Below, piece by piece: positions 1 to 15,628 of a stretch of 64,000 bases of DNA (within the stretch, counting starts at the first letter, position 1; the number at the start of each line of letters is the position of its first letter). The notes under the pieces were generated by a model. The model was given only the letters and a program-made list of their open reading frames with translations. It made no database searches and had not been told where the DNA came from. The stretch comes from Chrysomallon squamiferum. Its lineage: Eukaryota > Animalia > Mollusca. The translations under genes were made by a program, and so were the position numbers. Where the stretch lies: NCBI GenBank assembly GCA_012295275.1, contig CM022670.1:22320001-22384000 (forward strand), read 5' to 3'.

Positions 1-1393
1 GAATCTTTTGTAAACTAGGTTTCTTATTCCAGACGGTAAACTCATCTTTTGAAAACTAGGTCACGAAAATAAATACCCATGAATTATATGCAGAAATAAC
101 TTTTCATGGAGAATAAACGACTTTTTAAAATACACATAAAATTTGTAGTTATCTTTTCAGATTTTATAATTTGTTTTTAATGGTTATTACTGAGGTGAAA
201 CCTGATGGTGCTAGTCCAGACATTAATTTCAGAGGTGATAGTAATATGCATTTCGTATGTCACTCCCATTGTTTGGGAATATATAATTATAGTGCAAATC
301 CTTGAAGCAGTTTGAGTAACCAAAATGGAATCATAAACCACAAATATTGATATTGATATTTATTCCACATAATACATGAACAAAATAAACAAACATGCTG
401 GTAAATATATTCATTTGTCTTCAGATTTAAAAATAAATAATAATAATAAATTAAAAATAAGATACTCCTCAATTTGCTAAACAAGTTTATTCCTGCGACA
501 CAAAAACACAAACAGGAACAAAAAACATGACACTTATTTATGTTGGCATGACAAGCATGGTCAAGACATTTATTAATTAACATTCTTTTATGCTAAGTCA
601 GTTCTAAGTCTTCTGAATGCAGGTGATGGAACATAGAAATAAAAACCATATACAAAAGAAAACAAAACAGTAAACTAATTGTTTATGTGAAGAAGCAGGA
701 ATTTGACAGTTTTAATATCATGTATCACTTCTTATTTCCAATTTTCAATCAGTTGGTCAAATATGAAATAAAACATTTAACAAAAGAAAAAAAGAATATA
801 ATAATACTAAAAAAAAAAAATCAATGACATATGCTCTACTCTGATGATGAAAAAAGAACAAATTATTTAATTCACATTTTCAGATATCTGCTGGTCCAAT
901 CGTCTTTTAACTGGTGCCTTTTGACAATAATCCAAATAATATTGTAGACTGGAAATTAAAATGCTAACTGAAATATATATAATAAAGAATGTCTGTTACA
1001 TCCATCTAAAGAATTGTCTGCTTATTACATTACAATAGATTAAACAGTATTTAACTGGATAACAATAGAAAAAAAAAAAAAAAAAAGTGGCAAACAGCAA
1101 AAGATTTCAGTCAATTCAACAGATAAATTATTTCAATTAATACATGTTACTCTTTTTCTTCAGATTTTCTAATATATATATATTTTTAATTTTTTTTTTG
1201 GATAACACACCAGATCACATACAAATGGATGCTACCCTCAATCCAAGATCAAACAATTTTTGCATAAGGATGTAGTTTTAAATTGGATTCAGAGGAAGCA
1301 AAACACTAAAGTCCAAACATTGCAATTAACACAGGTTAAAATCCCAATAAATGATTATCAAAGAATTGTCAGATTTTGGGAAAGCTTAATAAG

Positions 1394-2457
<1,064 letters not shown>

Positions 2458-3965
2458 TCAAAGCATAAGCACAATGAAGTGAACTAACAAGTACCATTGT
2501 TTAGAAAAATGAGTCATTTTAACTTTTTAGAATCAAGAAATTAAACAAATGATATTTATTACAATTTAAATAAGAATTTAATTTATTATTCATTAAAGTT
2601 TAATGTGAAAAATGTATCTACTCAAACTCTGAATGAAGATAGAAGTGATATCCATTTATAACACTAGAAGAGCTTGACACTCATTCATTACCTCCAAGAG
2701 GCCTATCCCCAACTGTTTCCAGTCAGAAGTCTACTTGTGAGCCCTAACACTCAGGGTGCTGACTGCTTTGATGCACAAATCATACAATAAATTAATATGT
2801 ACATTTGCATCAATGTGACTAATATGGAAGTAACATCAATGAATAGGATATGCTTTGGTTTCTCTGTGATAATCCTGTTAACTGAAGCTACTCCACTAAT
2901 AATGACTGTATGATCATTTCTTTCTGATTATCATTAACTGCATTTTAGTTACAACTGCACTGTAATGTAATTAATTACACAATTACAAATTACAATTATC
3001 CCCATTCCTTATTGCAAACATGTGTTTGGTATCAAAGCAAGCAGTGAAAAGAATACCTGTTTGATCCCAAATATACATAATCCTGAATAAATTTGAATGT
3101 CAACATTTCTAGTTGTGTGTGAAAATTACCTTTGCAGCTTATGTCAGGTTTTCTGAAATATGGTCATACACCTGTTCACCAGACATTATAAATTGAGGAA
3201 CAAAAATTTCTAGTTTACACTAGATTATCTGAGACAGAAAGTACAAAACTATGAGATTATGTGATTCATCAGTATGTTGTATAAAAGGTGATATACAATG
3301 AGCAGAATTAAATCATCATAATAATGATATTGGACAAAACAATATAACAAATATATATTTTGTGTACAAACTATAAGAATAAAACATAAGGAAGTATTTA
3401 TACAAGTAGGTTTTTTTATTACTTATTTTAAATTTACTTTACTTGTGTATCTTCATTAGGGACTTAGCCACTGTACAATTATTAAACGTTCTGGAATAAC
3501 ACTAACTATTTAGTATTAGTATTACTATTACTGATCCTGTATAATGTATTAGTATTATTATCTGTCTCAGAGTTCGTTACATGTAATTACCACGATTTAT
3601 AAATAAAACTTCTGAAACTGAATAAATAGTTTAAATTTTAAAAATACAAGAGCAACATAAAGTTATATTGGATAATATGAATTCATATTAATATAATCGT
3701 AAATCATGGTTAACGTAAATTCTCACGTTGTGACCGGAATTCCGAATTATTCTGAATTTTCATTCCATTGTTTTCTGCGTCTAATTTTTTAAAATAAAAA
3801 ATACCAGAAAAATCGATACTGATTAAGTAGCTGGGAAAATATTTTTACAGTGTTAATTCTTACGAAAAAAAGTCTAGATATTACATCTACATACCACAAT
3901 AAAGTTGGATCTTTCAGCGTAAACCCCCTGAATTGGACGACACAATACAAGCTCTCTGTCCTTAC

Positions 3966-4037
3966 CAACAAGTGACCCGGATGTAGATCACATGACTTGT
4001 AGTTTTTGTTAATCCTAGCCGAAGAAATGATTATCCG

Positions 4038-4040
<3 letters not shown>
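3966..4040 (-). promoter_or_regulatory. Candidate non-coding first exon / core promoter of ELOC
   Basis: Minus-strand donor TG|GTAAG at 3965, a locally CpG-richer patch, and an ETS-like CCGGATGT. The ATG exon has acceptor AGs just upstream (about 2388 and 2415), so an upstream UTR exon is expected. Confidence 0.45.
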
Positions 4041-4075
<35 letters not shown>

Positions 4076-4118
4076 TGCTCGTTTTTATTAATTTTATATA
4101 ATTTTATTATAATCTATC

Positions 4119-4149
<31 letters not shown>

Positions 4150-4987
4150 AGGGATTCGCTATATCTTGTGGATTATAGGCATTACAGAATTGAAAAATAG
4201 TGTTTTTCATTATTTTAACTATCAAAGGTATTATATTAATTTATTCATATAAATTTTTATAGATGTTATTTCGTAGACCAGTAGAAGTTTATATGTACTA
4301 TAATCACTGCTACCATCAACAGTGTAAACTTTAAAAAAATTCTCCCTTATCTTAACTGTTTGGACAGGGCAGACGATCAAAAAGTAAATTATCTCTGCGG
4401 CCAATTGTGTATTTCAAGAAACCAATGTACAAAATTACAAACAAAATTGTAAATAAAAATGAGAAGATATAACTTTGTGAGTTAAATACAAGTTTCAGTG
4501 TTACTTAACAGTGATCGAGGTTTTGCTTTCAGTTGTATATAAATGCCATCGGCTGTCTCGGTATTGGGTCTTTTCGCCAAGACTACATTTGGAACTTGAG
4601 GAGAGGGTTCACCCTTTTTACTTTGACGGACTTTCCAAGAGCGGTATTTCCAGGTTAAGTTCCACACCATTTTAAAGAGCGAATTCTCCAAATTTTATCG
4701 ACATATAATTTGTTTATCGTGGATACGTTGACTTTAACTTATATTTTTTAAATTAAAATGTTTAACACATCACTACGAAAACCATAATCGTAGTAAGTCA
4801 ACGTTATAGCGTTCATTTTGATAGACACAAATAATAAAAAGATAGATGGGACGTAGAAAAATGGATAATCTTCAAGAAGTGGTTCGTAAATTCAAATAAT
4901 ACATTTTTTTCTTAGAATTTTACTATGATTTGTTTTTCTTCTTATTATTAATATTAGTTGTTTGTTTTTTTCTGTAGCAAAAGAACA

Positions 4988-5044
<57 letters not shown>

Positions 5045-5610
5045 GTTTACATAAAACACCACAGGTCATTTTTGTCCTGTCCTTTTGTTACAACTATACT
5101 GGGAAATACAAAGGTTTATTTATTTATTTAATTTTTTAAATGTCTATTTTTTTATTGATTATTATTTTTTATATAATTTCTGTTAATTTTGTTGACATAA
5201 ATAAAATTAGATAATTTCTTAACATAATTCTTTTAACATTTCTCTAATAAAGTAAATATTTCAACAATAAGTAAATATGAAAATTCAACTATAGTGATAT
5301 ATTCAGATGTTATATCTAGTAAGGGAGTCAGTGTATATTGTGCATTCAATCCAAAGTTTCTTGAATTATATATATATATGTTCCAGCTTGAAAAGAAGCA
5401 ATCGTTCAAAATTCGGATAAAAAAAAAAAAAAAAAAAAAATCATGTTTAAGATTACCGATTATTTTATTCATTCAATCGTTTTTCAGGTATTATTTGTGA
5501 AAACACACCAGGATAAACTTGAGCAAAAAGTATGTTTGGGTTTATAGTCCATGCTGTTATACAGTGAGTTGACATAATAGTTGGTCACTGAAAATAGATT
5601 AAAATATTAA

Positions 5611-5846
5611 AAGTTAACATATCTAAACTTTTATATACCTAAACTTTAAGTTTAACTAAGTTAACATACCTAAACTTATATACCTACCTTTTAAATACCT
5701 AAACTTCAAGTTTAACTAAGTTAACATACCCAAACTTTTATATACCTAAACTTCAAAATTACCTTACATCGTAAACAAGGCAAAGAAATATTGAAACTTC
5801 TTTGCCTTGTTTACGATGTAAGGTTATTTTGAAGTTTAGGTATATA
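5611..5846. repeat. Short tandem repeats (AAGTTAACATACCTAAACTT-like units) ending in a 49-bp inverted repeat with a 10-nt loop
   Basis: Arm 5739-5787 is the reverse complement of 5798-5846 with one mismatch. The upstream units repeat the start of the left arm. Confidence 0.9.
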
Positions 5847-6550
5847 TATACAAAATAAAAAAATAGGCGCCGCTCTTTAGTTTCGGTTACAAGGACGGTC
5901 TTTTAGTAATGCGAAAATGGATTTACCCACTTTCATATGTCCTTTTTATATTTGCTGTTTAATCTCAATCGGAAGTGGTTTCGGGTAGCGGTCATCTCGT
6001 TATGTTTCTCAGAACGTGTTTCGCGAACATCATTCATACACACTATCTTTTACACTCACGGGGTTGGTTCTACGAGCTTTTGTTAATATAAACATCCTAG
6101 ACCGAAAAAAAGTGAGATATCATAGTTTCATTTGTTTATCCAAAATGAAAATGTTGCTACCAGAAATTGATAGAAAACCTTGACGGAAAAACTAAGTAAA
6201 GTCTGATGACTATTTCCGAGCAACAGATCCCTTTCAAAAAGATATCCTCAGAAAGAGAAATATTGCATCTTTTAAAAAAAAACCAGTAGAATTGAAGCTC
6301 AAAGCAACTATTCGACCACCCGCCGTATGTGAGAGAAACGTCACCAGATCGTGTTTTCTTTCGAATCACTCGTTAAATCATAGCCATTATTATAAGAATT
6401 ATTTCCGTAACAACAAATAAACAAAAGAACATCTTGTAAACGTTCACATAAGAATTATCTGCCATAACAACAAATAAAAAAACACTTAGTAAATTATCTG
6501 CGTAAGATCAAAAATATAATAGGCAGCTGAGGCTGATTAAACAAACAAAC

Positions 6551-6590
<40 letters not shown>

Positions 6591-7509
6591 AATAATAATA
6601 ATAATAAATAAATAAATACAAATGATTTAAGAAGATAAAAAAAAAAGAAGATGAATAAAGAAAAATAATGAAAATAATAAATAAAATAAATCGAATCATT
6701 AGAAGTTTTTAAAGAGTTCTTAGTATTTTCAAAGTTTTATATAAGGCCTATTTATGAAATTTAAAAAACCCAACAACAAAAAAAAAAAAAAAAAAAAAAC
6801 TATTTCTACTAACCAAATTTGTAAAAACCCTATTTTTTAACAGTTATTTAATTCATGAATACAAACTCCTGAGATATTAGAAGGATCTTTGAATATTATA
6901 CTAAACATAATCTTTCTGTTAATGTTCTTTAAACTTTATAATGTGTTATAAGACTAATAGTATTTTTCAACATTGAAACACTATCAAATAAAAACATAAT
7001 TTAAAACGTATAATAAAAAATGAGACTATAGTAATATAAATAAAGGAAATGGGGATCAACGAATACATTTCTGAATGAGTTTTAAATTCATGAAATGTGA
7101 ATAATGCTTTAATTATCATTATTATTGTTGTTGTTGTTGTTGTTATTATTATTAAGCTAATTTGATATTTAATCATATTCAGTATCCTGTGCATAACAAT
7201 AGTCATATTTATATATCGTTTATTGCTTGTGATAAAAAGGCAGCAATAAGATATTTGTAAAATATAATTTATAATTGAAATGTATACTGTCATCAGGTTA
7301 TTTGTAAATTAACATCAGATTCACAAATTTTAATTACAGTTTCCATCAGAGGAAATATTTTTTTTTTTTTTTTTTTTTTTTAGTAGTTAAATATCATTAA
7401 ATTTGTATATGTTCCTGATGTGATGATATTTTGAAAACAAATAAAGAAATTTAGTTGTGACAGAACGTAATGCTTCGACAAATTCGAACAATAAAAATGT
7501 AGAAAAAAT

Positions 7510-7600
7510 ACAAATGCGCATGCTTACCGGAACTCCTGGCCAAATAGTCGTAGAAATGTAAACCGGTTCACGGCAAAATATCCATGCGTAAATATCATAC
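7510..7600 (+). promoter_or_regulatory. Candidate ECHDC1 promoter
   Basis: NRF1-like TGCGCATGC next to ETS-like ACCGGAAC in a CpG-richer patch. The ECHDC1 ATG exon begins at a splice acceptor, so an upstream exon is required. Confidence 0.35.
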
Positions 7601-8604
7601 TTAATTATAAATTATTAATAATTATTCTGCATGGCATTATAACTTGAGATTCTCAGTAGCATGTGTATATCGTCACTCTCCAAATCTTGTTAACAACAAC
7701 AACAAAAATTACGCCCATAGTATGATAGTATGATAGTACCACTAGCAATGTTATATAGTTTTCCTATTTTTAAGTTATGCATGTGATTTGATAATCATAA
7801 CGATAGTTTCTTGTATTAAGAAATATATATATTACAATTTAATGTTTTAAAAATAGTGTTTAATAAACTTTTGCCTTGGCAGTATATTTTATATGAGTAG
7901 TATATCTTTTGGTTATGTGTATTTTCATTTCACACACACATAAATAAATTAAAAAACCACAGCAGCACTAGATTAATAATATTGTATTTCATGAATTCGT
8001 AGTTACAGAGCATATAACATCAACGTTCATGCACACATTTATGCACAGGCGTGTATGTTTATATGTAAAGATAAAAACGATAATTCATGAAATAGAACAA
8101 TCAATGATATTTATTTATTTATTTATTGGACTGAATGTTGTTGGGTTTTTTTTCTTCTAGTAATCCTGTATATCGTGATAAATGAAACACTTAGACATTT
8201 TGAAGTTTTTGTTTGAATGTTCATCTTTAATATTGTAAATATTAGACTTGCAAAATAGGAAAATATTAAAATGATACAATATAAAAATTCAAAAAATGAA
8301 TGACAGTCCTTTAAGTTACAAATATCTTTTAAAACTATCTTAAAAATTCTATAGTCATTATTTTATATCATTAGGGGAAAGTTAACAACTTACTTTGTAA
8401 TATAATATGCATTTAAATAACAGTTTTTATTCAAGAATTGTTGATATTAAAATGTATTCACTTAACAAATACCCCAAAATTCAGACAGTGACAGAATTAT
8501 CATTATGTTTTTTTCTTTTTGAAACATGTGAATATATTCAGTGAATGAAGAACTTAGTGTTTATGAAATGGAAAGACGAAATAGCAAATGTTTATTATTT
8601 AACA

Positions 8605-9310
8605 CCATCATCTCTTCATCCAGCCATTGTGTGCTTCTGTTACATATTCCTGCTTTGCACTATCCTTTGAAGGTGGTGCCATTGCTGTAATTGTTAGTTC
8701 ATCCATCCATCATCTGTTGTATTTCTGTCCTAGATAGATGAAGCTTTCATCGTTTTCAATCAGCAAGTTGTCGACATGTAATGGTATGTTGTTTACTAGT
8801 GACACTTTTTTTCTCTGTTTTCTTTAATGACCGTTTTTCATTTTCATCGGCTAGGTCTTGCAAGATTTTCTTGTATTTTGTACATAGGAATACGTCATTA
8901 GCAAAACAAAGGTGACTGATATTTTCTCCAACATATGGTTTCAAAATGTGCTTCAAAAAGTTTAGTGTAAATGGCCTGGGTTATATACTTTTTCTCTGTT
9001 GTATGTACTCTTCTCTTGACTTGGATTTTGCTGCTTTCTTTGTTTAAGAGAACTATCATAAGGTTTTTCTCTATCTTCTATCCATTATTGTTGTAAAGAG
9101 CTTAGTACTGCTTGAGTTTGCATTGAGTTGAACATTTTCTTGTAGTTGGAGAAAACCATGCAGTGGGATGTTACATTCTAATCTCTCCTCCTCTAATTGG
9201 TTTAGGATTGGTCTGACAGTCAGACCTCCTCCTTTATCCAGCTGGTCATCATTAGTATTTTTGTTGATAGTTTCTATGTGTTCTACAGTAATCATGAGTA
9301 GCATGTCTCC
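8605..9310 (-). mobile_element. Degenerate non-LTR retrotransposon fragment (RTE-like reverse transcriptase)
   Basis: Broken minus-strand frames give ENISHLCFANDV (cf. HLRFADD), ILQDLADENEKRSLKKTEKKS (cf. LQELxxESxKxGLKxNxxKTK), FIYLGQ, RWMDEL and xNIPL in the expected order, with stops and frameshifts. Confidence 0.75.
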
Positions 9311-10457
9311 ATTTAAAGCATTTTACTTTATTCATACACATTTTTGAATTATGTCTATTTTTGAAAATTGGTATAATTAAATTATTATATTTATTTCTAT
9401 GTAGAATGCATTATATAACAGACTTTAGTTAAATCCATAATGTAACCATTTCTACATAATTAATTCTATTCCTGCTATTCTTTTCCATTAGAATTGTTTG
9501 CAGAATGGTTGGTTATATTATATATTGTTATATTGATGTGTGATGTTAGAACATTCAGAGAAATTTTGTTGATCATTAGACTTATAATCAGTGATTAGTT
9601 TAATAATTATAACTAGGTTGCATGTTTTTAGTAGTTAAATATCATTAAATTTATTGTTGTATTGTGCATTAATTCATATTCTTAGTTTGGTAGATATTAG
9701 GTATAGTATTTAAAATGTAATGACCTGAAATGAATAGTTTTAAAATATAGGAATAGTGTAAAATTTCAAGAATCATGGTTCCATTAAATCATAAATTGTC
9801 AAAAAATTATAATACTTCTTGTAAAGTATGTAAACAAAACAAGTTGTTACTTCTAAATAGAAAAAACAAATTATTAATTATTACAATAAATCAAGCTTAC
9901 CACTGATAAGTATGTATTTGCATTTAAGTGGAGATAATAGAGCATTCATTTTCAGTTAGAAAATTATTAATCTATTGGCAGTTTAGATCAAATGAATAGG
10001 AGCTTCAACAGATTAATAATTTTCTTCAAACAAGTTGGGTGCTTGACCATTGCATTTTTGAATTAAAAAAAAATATTGGTCATTTTAAAAGATTTCTTCA
10101 GAGATTTTGTATTAACATCTTTTATTTATCTTTACACATTTTATGATCTAGAAATTTGCAAAAGAGGTATGTGGTGACTGAACATGTTATGCGATTTCAC
10201 AGATTTGGAAAAGTATGTATAAAAAATCCAATGGAGCCCAACAATAGGAGTAACCAATTCATTAAACAACATATATAATAATTGTTTATAATGATGTGGA
10301 GTCAAACAAATACACATTAAATTTCCTGGTTTTTTTGCATTATATCCAGAATTTGTTCATATACAACACATTTATTATTCATAAATAACAAAGATCTGTT
10401 AATGTGTAAGCGGACCTATTTATTAAATAATTTTGCATTATTATTATTATTTAGGTG

Positions 10458-11728
10458 ATGCTTATTGCAAGTAATTACAAAATGGTGTTCCTGGTTCAGA
10501 AGTTTGGCACCTTAACATATAATTGTTGGCACCTCAAGAACATCTGTAGATCAGTGTTGAATATTTGTAAAAGAGGAAAGTCTTCAGATTCTTCACAAAC
10601 TGACTTCAGGTTGTATTTAGAGCAATGTGGAGGTGGCTCTGTGGATTTGGAGAAAAATAATGAAACTGGATTAGCAGTTATTACTTTGAACAATCCTGAA
10701 AAGCGAAATGCATTAACAGGTACCCACAGATATTTGAACTATTAATATTTAAACAACTTAATTTAGTAATTAAATCTAATAAATGAAATTAATCTATTTC
10801 CTCTCATAAATAGTTTTAACAAATAAAGAAATTTTTTTTTTTTTTTTTTTTTAAATGTGAAAAAATTCAGTTTACATGATTTTTCCTTTCTTAGACATAA
10901 TAGAGTTTAAATATATTATTTATCACTGGATTATCCCCTTTTACCAATACACTTCAGTTAAATAAAAATAGACATTTAATGAATGCTGCACAGTTAATTA
11001 TTTTGTTGCTGGTGAGTAAGTATATGCAGAATGTTTGATCTTTTGAAGGTAAAATGATGGTAGAGCTGTCAGACAGAATACATGAACTAGAGGAATGGGA
11101 ACAAGGAAAGGGTTTGGTGTTGCGAGGAGCAGCAGGTACTTTCTGTTCTGGTGCTGATCTTAGTCTTGTTCAGCAACTCGATAGTGGAAATGATGGATTC
11201 AAAATGGCAACTTTTATGCAAGATGTTCTGCTTCGCTGTCATCGTCTTCCTTTGATAAGTGTAGCTCTCATTGACGGAAGAGCTCTTGGTGGAGGAGCAG
11301 AAATGTGCTTGCCATGTGATTTCAGAATAATGACTGAGACAGCGAAAATCGGTTTTGTACAAATTAAGTTAAATATTACTCCAGGATTTGGAGCAGCCAC
11401 ATTTCTAACAAAACAACTTGGTCCAACAAAAGCATTAGAAATATTAAGTATGGGACAGATAATTGATGCAATTTCTGCTAAAGAAATGGGCATTGTACAT
11501 CATGTATTATCAAACAGTGGTGATGTTCTGCAACAGACTAAAGAATGGTTGCTAAGTAGACATTGCAAATATGATGCTACCGTAATTAGATCTCTGAAAC
11601 GTACTATTACTAATAGTGAAGTCTGTGATTATGAAGAATCATTAAAATTTGAAAAACAAATTTTTAAAATGATTTGGTTTGCACCTCAACATGTTAAGGC
11701 ATTAAGCCAAAAAATTAAACATGATTAA
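10458..11728 (+). CDS. ECHDC1: Ethylmalonyl-CoA decarboxylase (crotonase superfamily), ~313 aa, exons 10458-10719 and 11049-11728
   Basis: The phase-1 join gives ...TLNNPEKRNALTG|KMMVELSDRIHELEEWEQGKGLVLRGAAGTFCSGADL...GRALGGGAEMCLPCDFRIM...PGFGAATFL. The GGGSVDL, WxxGKGLVxRG and HxxAL C-terminal segments match ECHDC1. The start ATG (10458 vs 10482) is uncertain. Confidence 0.93.
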
Positions 11729-13513
11729 TTTATGTACATATATGACTGAAAAATTAAATTAGTTCCTACTATATAATCAATCCTTTTATTTTTATCAAAT
11801 TTAATGCAGTGTCCTTTTGATGTTACGAATATATATTCTAATAAAAAAAATTAATCTTTGATGCTTTATCTTTAATCTTTATCGCTGCTTGGAAAGTATG
11901 AAAATAAAAATAATTGAAATCATGTCACTGCATATATAGTAATCTGTATTCTGCTAATACCAGGGTTTTTTTTAAAACATTTTATATTTTTTTTAGGATA
12001 AACTGGCCCATCATGTATGTCATAAAACAATAAATTGACAGCACCCAAATATTTCAAAACTATTTTCTTTTGTTGTTACACTTCGTTATTAATAAAAAGT
12101 AGACGGGAAATAAAACTAAATAAAAACCCAATATAGAATTTAAATGCTGTCTATTAATAGAACGTAATATTTATTCAAAACAATTTTAAACAAGTAATAT
12201 TATCTTTTATCTCTAATCTATCGATCTATGTCTGTCTGTCTACCAGTGACATAGTAATGAAAATTACACATACGTGTGTATTTTTCAAATTAATGTTTTC
12301 TTCACGTAACAGAGGAGGTACTGGTCCAGTGAACTAACAGGACTGGAGGCCCTTCTCTCAAAAACCAGATTTATTTTTATCTTTTAATTCATTTCCGTGA
12401 CAAGTCTAGAAGCTCTATTAAAATCTTGTCAATATGCTCTAATGTCAGTTACTAGATCAAATAATTTAAATCTCGTATGACAAGTTTCCATTTTAAAATT
12501 TAGGCGGGAAAAAAGTATTGAAATTATTAGATCTACAATCTCCGAAGGTGATATGATTAACTTTCTGGTATTCTACGAGCTAATCATGACCTAATTTTAA
12601 ACACCGAAATAAAATTATAATCCCAATAATTCACACTGAGATAGAATTTCTGGCACGTAGAAAGAAAATAACCAATAAGAGAAAAGACTGTGATATTGCT
12701 AAAGTTACACTGAAATAAAGGCAGCGAACAATTCCAGCCGCTGTGAAACCAGCGAACGATAACTCCAGTGAATAATTTATCGCACGTCAGTTCTTTCAAA
12801 CAAATAGTTCGCAGTTTCAATAAAAGTTTAAATTTCTAAGGTATGAAACATGCTCACTTTTATTATTAAAAAAATCATACGTTTTTGAAAATGGTAGCAA
12901 AATTAAAATTTCAAATATGTAATTAAATTTATTTTCGAAATATGGTGTTTGTTATGTAACAATTCCCCATCGGACATATTGTTCGGTAGCTCAGTATCTG
13001 CGTTTAACGAAAATCAAATTTATACTATCTGTTTACTATATTCTCAGTCACCATTTCTAATCTTTTTATATCCAGATATATCAGATATATTTACTTCATT
13101 TTTGATAATTTTTGATAATGAGCAAATTTGTCTTATTTTCAGATTCCAGTCGTTACTTTTCGACATTGGTTGTTAAAAGGAGATGGCAGCAGAAGTCTGT
13201 TAAAAATAAGAATCATTTAAAAAATCAAAGCCATTCACATAAGTTTAAAGTTAATCCTATTTCAAACAGTGTAACATAACCTTATGTCTGGCTATTGAAA
13301 ATATATTTAACAACAAAGGTCTTAACTATTAGGGATGCTTCTATAAATTGACTGTACAAACCACTTCAATTCTGACCAACAATTAAATGCTTTTACATAA
13401 ATAACTGTATATCATCTATTCCATAATAATATTATGTCAAAATAAATGGTTTTAAAACAAATTTCTGTGTTATTTTCTTATCATTTTATAATCAAAGTAG
13501 ACCATTCTGAATT

Positions 13514-13835
13514 AATATATTAAGGTGTGCATTATGCATATGCAAAGAGACAAATTCTGATATACTGGGGTAGGAGTTACCTAACTTCTCCTGTTTGGTT
13601 CACACAATGAAACTTCATTGATGGACCTGATTACATTTCGGTGACATGACATAAATTCAAAATTATTGGGTATACAATTTTGAGGGGTTTGTGTTTCAGA
13701 GACCTTTACTTTGTTGTGTTACATCAGTAATCAGGTCCACTGAGGAGTTTTGATCATGGAAACCAAGTTCGTCAGATGATCTAAACTCCATTCCAGTATA
13801 TCAAATACCATGTCTGTTGCAAACCTTATTATATT
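13514..13835. mobile_element. Degenerate fold-back / MITE-like element
   Basis: Nested complementary blocks: TGATATACTGG (13558) / CCAGTATATCA (ends 13803); GGAGTT/AACTCC; TTGGTT/AACCAA; TGGACCTGATTAC / GTAATCAGGTCCA. Confidence 0.7.
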
Positions 13836-14868
13836 ACTACATATCACTAAATGGAAATCAAAATTTTATTACAGAATGGCTCCTTTTTCTCCTATTTTTT
13901 TTTTTTTTAATTTTTTTATTATTATTTATTTACAGAACTGGTATTTATTTACTTTTATTACAAATTGTTAATATTATTTAAGAACACAACTGGAGGCCAG
14001 ACATTAATTGTTGGTGTTAATTATCACATTGATATTTATAATTTAGACAAAATCTTAAGAAGGATGTTGCTTAAATCTGATAAATGCTGTATTTAAATAA
14101 ATTATTGAATACACTGAATAAGATATTTTATTATTTTTATTATTTTCTTTTTTTTTAAAATAATAATGAATACCAAAAAAAAAAGTAGAATTAAATTAGA
14201 TCTAGGTTGACATAACTATGATTTGTACAAATGGCCTTTGAGGTTCAAGGTATTAGAAAAAAGTAATACAAACAGTATTTATTTACTTTTATTACAAAGT
14301 GTCTTGATATTGGTGACAAAATGTATAGCAAAGCCTATATAATTGTAAATAGAAAAAAAAAATGACATGATACAAATATTACATAATTTATTATATTTTC
14401 AACAAATCACAAATTTAACAGTTCATTTAAATTGTAAACCATATTTGAATTTTTCTGCTGATGATCTGAGACAAAACTAATGTTCTTCAGGAAGCAGCAA
14501 AATTTATTTTAAAAAAACACATTCTGAAACAAATGTTTGTCCCTTGTTCTTGCAAAGGTCAGTTAAAAAAAAAACTCCACAACAACAACAAAAAATTTAA
14601 ATTACAAATTATCTTATTTATTTATTTTTAACTATTGAGTTTTTCTTGCACAAATTCTAAATGAAATGCATTGAACTTCCACAGACTTCCAGAGAGAATG
14701 TCTTGTTAAATTTTTACCTTCACTGACAGTAAAATTGTTGGATGTAGAAATGACTATCTACATCATGATACAGAACATCATGGTGGGTGACAGCTATTTA
14801 TTGCCTTTAATAGGATCCATCATGCCAAAAACAAACTAATTATTTGTTTAAGTTATTTCTTTTAAATA

Positions 14869-14918
<50 letters not shown>

Positions 14919-15221
14919 AAAACAATTTGATTGCTTTATTTTGTCTCACTAAAAAAATTTAAAAATTTAAAAAAAATTAAATAAATAAATAAAAAATATA
15001 AAAGATGACATATTGTTTATAAAATAATAATCAAAATTCTTTATTAACTACAAATAGCTTAAAAATTCAGTTCTAGTTATTCAAATCAACTTAATAAATT
15101 TTCAAATAAAATTTAACTACTGGTTATTACACATTTATGTTGGAATTGAAAAGGAAAAACAATAGCAAATACTTGATCATGCAGTTATTGCTAACGACAA
15201 CAAGTCCCATTAACCAACCGA

Positions 15222-15264
15222 TAACTCTTTGACGTAACGGTTTTAACTCTTTGACGTAACGGTT
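15222..15264 (+). promoter_or_regulatory. Exact tandem duplicate of TAACTCTTTGACGTAACGGTT (CRE/ATF-like TGACGTAA), candidate promoter of G-gamma A1
   Basis: Two identical 21-bp copies with period 22, followed by a donor-like CGG|GTAATT at about 15320. It lies 1.1 kb upstream of the A1 coding exon acceptor. Confidence 0.5.
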
Positions 15265-15525
15265 CAAAAAGTTCGCTGGAAATGTTCGCTAGCTTCACTT
15301 TAGCATAAATTACATCCGGGTAATTATTTATATATTTTAAAAGTTATTATTATTAAATTTAATTTAATATGCATATTTATTTATTTGTTCATGACAGATA
15401 AAATCTCAGAAATTATGTAATAATAATTAATAATAATAATAATAATACCGAAAAAAGTGTCTTTTGCAAGTTTTGGTACGCTGAAATCTATCAGTTGAAT
15501 GATGCTGAATTTTCTTTGTTCGAAC

Positions 15526-15579
<54 letters not shown>

Positions 15580-15628
15580 GTAATTTTTTGTTCTTTAATT
15601 ATTACATATCAAACACTAAAGAAGTAAT

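Noticed and set aside
4482-4691. 69-aa minus-strand ORF in a GC-richer patch
   Set aside because: TTG start and no recognisable motif; possibly regulatory or a decayed repeat.
11087-11493. Antisense ORFs over ECHDC1
   Set aside because: Shadow frames of a real coding exon.
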